Assembly: GCF_009914755.1 (NCBI RefSeq)
Contig: NC_060933.1
Source: the human T2T-CHM13v2.0 reference genome, Homo sapiens
Direction: 5' to 3' (one strand)
DNA: 64,000 nt
In this document: positions 56,793-64,000 of the stretch, piece after piece
How positions within the stretch are numbered: the stretch's first letter is position 1
Layout: each line of letters opens with the position of its first letter
Translations under genes and position numbers: made by a program
The notes under the pieces: model-generated
Databases searched by the model: none
Seen by the model: only the letters and a program-made list of their open reading frames with translations
What the model was told of the DNA's origin: nothing

Positions 56793-59700
56793 TTCAGTTT
56801 TTTAGTATCATAAATGGCATTGTTTTCTTCATTTCTTTTTCAGTTAGTTTGTTATTGATGTTGATTTTGCACTTTATAAGTTACTGAATTCATGTATCAG
56901 TTATGAAACTTTGTGGTAGAGTATTAGGTTTTTAAATATATGTAAGATCATGCCATCTTGAAAGAGGGCAAGTTACCTACCTTTTATTTTGATATGGCGC
57001 CCCCCACCCCACCTCCTTTTTTTCCTCTTGCCTAATTGCTTTGGCTAGGACTTTCAGTACTAGGCTGAATAAAATGGGTGGAAATGAGCATTTTTTTTTC
57101 TTGTCTGACCTCTTAGAGGAAAATCTGGCTTTTTTTCAGTCAGCATAATATTAGCTGTGGTTTAATCAGATATGAACTTCATTAAGTTGAGGGATGTTGT
57201 TTATATACCTGATTTGTTAGTAGTTATCATAAATAAATGTTGAATTTTATAATTTTTTCTGCATCTATTGTGATGATCATATTTTTTTTTCTTTCATTCT
57301 ATGGATGTGATGAATTGCATTTATTCATTTGAGGCTTTCTTTCATTCCTGGAACAAATGCTACTTGATTATGGTGCATTATCTTTTCGATGTGTTGTTAT
57401 ATTTGGTTTGCTTGTATTTTTTTTTACCACTTTTGCATGTATATTTATTGAAGATATTGGTCTGTCATGTTCTTTCATTATGTCCTTGACAGGCTTTGAT
57501 ATCAGAATAATGCTGGCTTGTAGAATGAGTTAAAAAGTATTTCCTATTTTTAAAATTTTTGGAATAGTTTGAGAAGAATTTGTGTTAGTTCTTCTTTGTA
57601 AACTTTCTAGAATTCAGTAGAATGCCATCCAGTTCTGGGCTTTTCTTTGTTGATAGACATTATTACTGATTGAATCTCCCTGTGATTGATCTGTTCTGGT
57701 TTTCTAATGTTTCCAGGTTCAATCTTCGTAGGTTATATGTGTCCAGGTATTTATCCATTTCCTCTAGATTTTCTAATTTGTTGGCATGCAGATGTTCATA
57801 GCAGGCATAGTCGTTCATAGCAGATTCTTGTATTTCTGTGGTGTCAGTTGTACTGTCTTCTTTTTTATTGTTAATTTTATTTCTTTGGGTATTTTCTCTT
57901 TTTTCTTAGTTTAGGTAAAGGTTTGTTGATTTTGTTTATCTTTGCAAAAAAAACTTTTTATTTTGTTGATCTTCTTTTATTTTTTAAGTCTCTATTTCAT
58001 CTAGTTCTGCTCTATTCTTTTTTTCTACTAATTTTGGGTGTAGTTTGTTTTTGTTTTTCTAATTTCTTTAGGCACATCATTAGATTGTTGAAATCTTTGG
58101 ACTTTTTGACATTGGATTTTACTACCTTTCCTGTTAGTACTGCTTTTGATGTATCTCATAGATTAAGGTATATTGCGTTTCCATATTCATTTGTTTAAAA
58201 AATGCTTTTATATTTACTTCTTAATTACTTCATAGATCCAATGGTTGTTAAAGAGCATGTTATTTAATGGGCATGTATTTATACAATTTTCAGAGTTCAT
58301 GTTATTAATTTTTAGTTTTATTATGGTCTGACAATATGTTTGATATAATTTTTACTCTTTTATATTTGGTGAGCTCTGTTTTGTGGCCTGATCTATAGTC
58401 TATGATGAAGACTGTTTCATGTGCTGATAAGAAGAACATACATTCTTGAAACTTTTGAATAAATCTTCTTTAAGTGTCTGTTATGTCCATTTGGTCTACA
58501 GTGCAGTATAAGTCTGATATTTCTTTGTTAATTTTCTGTCTGGATGCCCTGTTCTATGATAAAACAGGGGTGTTAAAGCCCAAAACTATACTTTTTCTGC
58601 ACTCTATTCCTTTTTTCTAGCTCTAATAACATTTCTATATATATCAGAGTACTCTGCTCTTGGATGCATGTATATTTACAATTCCTATAACCTCCTGATA
58701 ATTTGATTCCCTTATCTTTATATAATGACCTTCTTTATCTCTTTTTATGTTTTTCACTTATTTTTTCCCATCCCTTCCCTATCAGTCCAAGTGTGTCCTT
58801 ACAGTTGAAATGTGCTCCTTACAGGCAATATATAGTTGGATTTTGCTTTTTTTTTTTCCAGTAAGTGTATATCTTTTTAACAAGGGAATTTAAACAATGT
58901 ACATTCAAAGTTGTCATTGATAGGTGATTTTTTTGTGTATCCATGTTTCTTACTTCCTCTTTTATTGTTTAATTTTGCAATATGGTGGTTTTCTCTATTA
59001 ATAATATTTTATTTCTTTATGTTTCTCATTGTGTACATGGTTTACCCAATATTTTGCTACTTTGGTATGTTTTCATGATGGTAGATATTGTCCTTTCACT
59101 TACAGATGTAGAATGTCCTTTAGCCTTCCTTGTAGGGCTTCTCTAGTGGTGATGAATGGCCTCGGGTTTTGCATGTGTGTAAAATATGTGATTTGCTTTC
59201 CATTTCTGAATGATAGCTCTGCTGGATATAATATTCTTGGCTAGCCGATTTTTTTTTTTTCCCACAGCACTTTGAATATATTATCCCATTGTCTTTTAGC
59301 CCATAAGAGGTTTGCAAAATATCTTCTGTTAGTCTTTTGGGGAATCGCTTTTATATGACTTGGTGCTTGTTCTTTTGCTATTCTTACAATTTTGTATTTG
59401 TTTTTGGCTTTTGACAGTTTAACCATAAGGTGCCTAAAAGAGGTCTTTTTGAGTTCAATGTATTTGTTTTATTTGAGTTCCCTATATTTTGAAGTCTATA
59501 TCTCTTCAAATACTTGTGAAAATTTCAGCTATTATTTTATTAAATAGGTTTGCTATGACTTTTCTCATTTTTTCTACTTCTGTATATTCCAAAATTCCAA
59601 TATTTGCTCCTTTGATGATATCTCATATTTCACATAGGCTTTCTTCATTCTTTTCATTATTTCTTTGTCTGATTTTTTTCCAAAAGACCTGCCTTCAATT

Positions 59701-60530
59701 TTAGAAATTATTTATTCTGCCTGATTTAATCTATTATTGAAGCTCTGTGTTGTATTTTTAAAATTTTATCTATTGAATTACTCAGTTCCAGGATTTCTAT
59801 TGGGTTCTTTTTAAGATAATATCTATCTCTTTGTTGAATTTCTCATTTACATCATACATTGTTTTTCTGATTTCTTTGTATTGTGTATCTGTGTCCTCTT
59901 GTATCTCTGAGTATTCTTAAAAGCATTATTTTGAGGTCCATTTTTGGTATTTCATAGGTTTTCTTTTTTGGGGGAGGGGGTCTGTTACTAGAGAATTATT
60001 ATATTCTTTTTGAAGTGTTCAGTTTCCTTGCTTTCTAATATTTCTTTTTTTCTTACATTGATGCCTGCACAACTGATAAAACAGTCTTATCTTCCAACAT
60101 ATGTAGTAGCTTTAATAGGGAAAGACTTTTTTCCTATAGATAAATCTACAGTGTCAATTTAACAGGGTACTTTGGCTAAGGTTCTGGGTGGGTACCATAG
60201 TGTAGTCTTTACATTATTATTTTTTTTTAGCTATAATCAATATCGATGATATCTGTACGTTCTTCAGTGGCTTAAGCTGTAGTTGTTTGTGGAGGCTGTG
60301 GTGAGTATTTTCTGGGAATTGGGGCACTGGGTAAGTCAGTCCTCAGGCCAATGGGTGGCAGGCTGGGGCAACAGCTGTGGTGGCAGCAGGCCCTGGGAAG
60401 ACCAGTCTTTGGGTCCCTGGGCAGCTCGCATGAGAATTAATGGTGGTGGCAGTACGTTCTGGGTGGGCTGATCCTTGGGCCCGTAAGTGGCATGTCAGGG
60501 CCAATGGGTAGCATGTGTGGGCACCAGTAG
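56793..60530 (-). mobile_element. Old L1MA-type element, 5' part (ORF2 N-terminal half, spacer, ORF1, 5'UTR)
   Basis: Collinear continuation of 49235-50766 (ctaattgctttggctaggactttcagtacta...). ORF1-like at about 59100-59950; GC-richer 5' region at 60250-60530. Confidence 0.88.
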
Positions 60531-60769
60531 TGTTTAGCTTTGTTTTTAAATCATTCGGAACTAGTTTGAAAATAAACATTTATTGAAAGATAAGCAATTT
60601 AATCAAAATGTATACTAAGAATAGGTAAATAATATTATACTAGATGTATTACTTTTGATGAGCAGATATAAGGTACATTTTCTTATTAATTTAAGCTTCT
60701 TGATATTTGGAGGCAATTTTCTATGGTTTCTTTCATTTTTGCACATCCTGCAGCCTATTTTTAAGGGTT

Positions 60770-61032
60770 CTAAGTTTTCATTACTTCAGGTATGATACAA
60801 ATACATTGTGTGCATAATACCCATGTAGTTCCCTTTGTGTCTTCTCTATGGAATTTAAGAGAAATGATGGACAGTGAACATGAAGCTTCTGCAGCTTGCT
60901 GTGCAATGAACAATACAACCTTTTTCTCTGACCCAGGTGTCTCATGTTTCTTGTCAGCAGTCATGAAACTGTCAAACTAACATATAAGCTTGAAAATAAG
61001 GTAAAAATTTATACCCTCCACAATTCTTGAAA
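60770..61032 (+). mobile_element. ERVL LTR 3' fragment (MER76/MER74/MER54 group)
   Basis: tctctgacccaggtgtctcatgtttcttgtcagcagtcatgaaactgt...agcttg...ggtaaaa...ccctccacaattcttga. Confidence 0.6.
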
Positions 61033-61624
61033 CTATCCATATACAATTTCCTGTATTACTTAGTGGTTACTAAAGGAGGGTAAATTAGACTTTTGTGTTA
61101 AAATACATGCAAAATGGCAACAGATTTGCAAAAAAAAAAAATGCATATGGTGGTTCTAATTCTTCTACAATTTGTAATCCAAATATACAGTTTTAAAATT
61201 TAGTTAAAATTGGATGGGCATGTTATAGTAAAAATAAATATCCCATTAGCTGAATGGCAAACTGATTGGATCTGCGTAGTTATCTGAATTACTATATCAG
61301 AGCTGAAATTTTATAGGTCTAGGGTACTGGAAGAACAAGTTACGTGAAGAATTGTTTGATTTAGATAGATACATAAAAACAAAAATACAAGGCATTTGTT
61401 TTAGCCATTTTTGTTGAAACTTATATTGTATATGCTAAAGTAAAATTTGTTATTAATTGATATAAATATCCCCAGTGTGTATGTATTAGAAAATAATTGA
61501 TACCTGACCCTTCTTTTCATCCAACAACTTCCAGTCTATATGTTAATTACAACTAAAAGGCAGTACTGCAAGGAACTATGACTCATCCTATATCTATCAT
61601 TTTCTGTCTTTTCAAGTTTCTTGA

Positions 61625-61970
61625 ATATATTTGACTTGAAATATACCCTCCTTCCAATTCATATGTTGAATTCCTAACCCTTAAGATCACATTATGACTG
61701 TATTTGGAGAAAATCCTTAAATGGATAAAATGAAGTCAGAATGGTTCCTAAGCCAATATTATTGGAATCCCTAAAAGAAAAACAGATTAGGATATAGATA
61801 TGCTTGGGGGAAGGCCATGTGAAGAAGACAGGGGAGAAGATGGCCACTTATAAGCCAAAGAGAGAAGTTTCAGAAGAAACAAACATTGCTAACACCTTGA
61901 TCTCAGACTTCCAGCCTTCAGAATTGAGAGAAAATAAATTTCTGTTGTTTAAGCCACCCAGTCTTTACAG
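61625..61970 (+). mobile_element. MLT1B-like MaLR LTR
   Basis: aattcatatgttgaattcctaaccc...ggccatgtgaagaagacagg...caccttgatctcagacttccagccttcagaattgagagaaaataaatttctgttgtttaagccacccagtct. Confidence 0.9.
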
Positions 61971-62104
61971 CCCTTGCAAACCATTATGCTTCCTTTATTT
62001 CCAAATTTTTACATTTGTAGATATTGAAATAATACTATTATATTTTAACGTTTCTAGGCAATTTAAATAAGGCTGCAGCTTTTTCACTGAAACAATATGA
62101 CCTT

Positions 62105-62431
<327 letters not shown>

Positions 62432-63368
62432 TCACTCCGAATACAAAATTAGTACCTAAGTGATATTAATACACCTAAACGTCTTTTACTCTCAACCTTT
62501 CTGTCTTATCTTAGAAGAGCATTTGAGGAGACCTCACTCATTGCTGTAGGCAGTTTACTTTCTTACCTCCAGCTTCTCTTTTCTATCTAATTTTCCTGAA
62601 CGTTCAGACTATTGTGAAAACATATGTGTGATATCTTTTTAATCTACTCTAGTCTTTGATTCACATGTCCTAAGGTGAAAATGTCAAAAAAAAAATAGTC
62701 ATTCTTTCTGGAACAAGATAGTTGGTTATCACGGACAGGCTGTGCCTTTCCTTAAGCTCTCTCCCGTGTCTTCTACTCTAACTCATTTAGTTAGCACTTA
62801 TATTCTATTTAATTTTGGATGGCTGACTTCGTCATATTCCCTGCCTTCTGGCTGGTTATTTGTCTAATATTACTGCCTGCTTCACTTCAATTAGTTCTAT
62901 CGGCATAGTTTCTGATTCTCGAATAACAGGTAAGTTTGAAACTGCTTTATTGACTTTGCCTTGGCCCATGAAACCTTTGGAGATACCAGTGTCATTCTAC
63001 TTTTGCATTCCTCCTTTCTTTAGTAAAGGGAATATTTTCTGTGCTCTCCTGGGAAACTGAGCCAGGTGGTTTCTTCTTTGATCTCACATGATAAGCCCAT
63101 TCTAACATGTATATCCGTTTTCTTGAGCTTTCTGAATCTTCCCTTCCGTACTCTGTTAAAGCTGTCTTAACATTTCCAACTACTTTACTGTAGGCTATTA
63201 TGCTCAAGCTTCAAATATCTATCCAAGCAGCATATTAGAACCAGCTCCATGTGTGCCTACCATGCTGTCAAGTCTTGAGTGATGGGAGAGGGCTTCCACA
63301 TAAAAAAAGTAGTCACCATGAGCCTTATATTCTGCACATTCTCTTCTTGATGAAAAACTGTCAGATTC

Positions 63369-63620
63369 TGTGACATAATAAAAATATATTATTGGTCTCT
63401 ATTCCTGTTTCCTTACAGAGAACACCTAATTCTTACACTATTTTCTGAGCAATGGGGATGCTAGGTGCAAATTTTCTCGTAATATTTGGTGTTGGACCCC
63501 AGTTCCTGACAGAGAGGTCTTAATACCTTGGAATTTCCTGGGTAAAATGATCATCTACTGTTAATAATGAGACCATCCTTGGTGGGCTACTGGATGGAGG
63601 CTGGTCACCAGAACGATCAT
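63369..63620 (+). mobile_element. MER21-type LTR, 5' fragment
   Basis: tgtgacataataaaaatatatattggtctct...gaccccagttcctgacagag...ccttggaatttcctggg...ggctggtcaccagaa. Confidence 0.8.
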
Positions 63621-63724
63621 AGAATTCTTTCCATGAATTAGCTTTTTTCTGGCACAAAGACTGCATTTGTTTTTCATGTGGGTTTCTTATAGACAATACG
63701 TATTTGAGTCTTTCCATTAAAAAA

Positions 63725-64000
63725 TAATTTCTATTTTTATTTCAATAGCTTTGAGAGTACAGGGGGCTTTTGGTTACATGGATAAGGGTTTTAGTGGTGA
63801 TTTCTGAGGTTTTGGTGTTCCTGTCACCAAAGTAGTGTACACTGTACCCAATGTGTACTCTTTTATCCCTCACACCCCTGCCCCCTTTCCCCCAAGTCCC
63901 CAAAGTCCATTATGTCATTCTATGCCGTTGTGTCTTCATAGCTTAGCTCCCACATAAAAGTGAGAGCATATGATATTTGATTTTCCCTTCCTGAGTTACT
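63725..64000 (-). mobile_element. L1PB-type 3' end (runs off the window)
   Basis: tttatttcaatagctttgagagtacagg...ttttggttacatggataag...ccccaagtccccaaagtccatt...cttagctcccac. Confidence 0.88.

Noticed and set aside
62480-63300. Possible ancient L2 ORF2 remnant
   Set aside because: Only faint motif resemblance; too weak to call without a profile search.

Overview
AT-rich, repeat-dense primate (human or ape-like) genomic DNA, either intergenic or deep intronic. I cannot support any host protein-coding gene, RNA gene or CRISPR-like system. All recognisable ORFs come from retrotransposons or DNA transposons; the remaining short ORFs look like noise. The main contents are: (1) a full-length but ORF-disabled L1PA3-type LINE-1 at 50767-56778, with a 14-bp target-site duplication (TSD), nested antisense in an old near-full-length L1MA-type element; (2) a second old L1MA-type element at about 4690-10975, split by an internally deleted antisense L1; (3) three short young L1PA 3' ends; (4) six Alus; (5) a two-LTR MST MaLR provirus with a nested MST LTR and a nested Alu; (6) a one-LTR THE1; (7) several solo ERV LTRs, including a MER41B-type LTR that retains a STAT GAS site; (8) Tigger1 and Tigger3 remnants, plus old L2 and MIR fragments. 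I found no convincing novel biological system. The best second-look items are transposon structural and regulatory oddities: the ZNF93-escape 5'UTR and open ORF0 of the L1PA3, the MER41 GAS pair, an L1 whose ORF1 is fused to its 3'UTR, and a recent 44-bp triplication in Tigger1. Subfamily names come from recalled consensus sequences and need RepeatMasker/Dfam confirmation. Boundaries of old elements are approximate.
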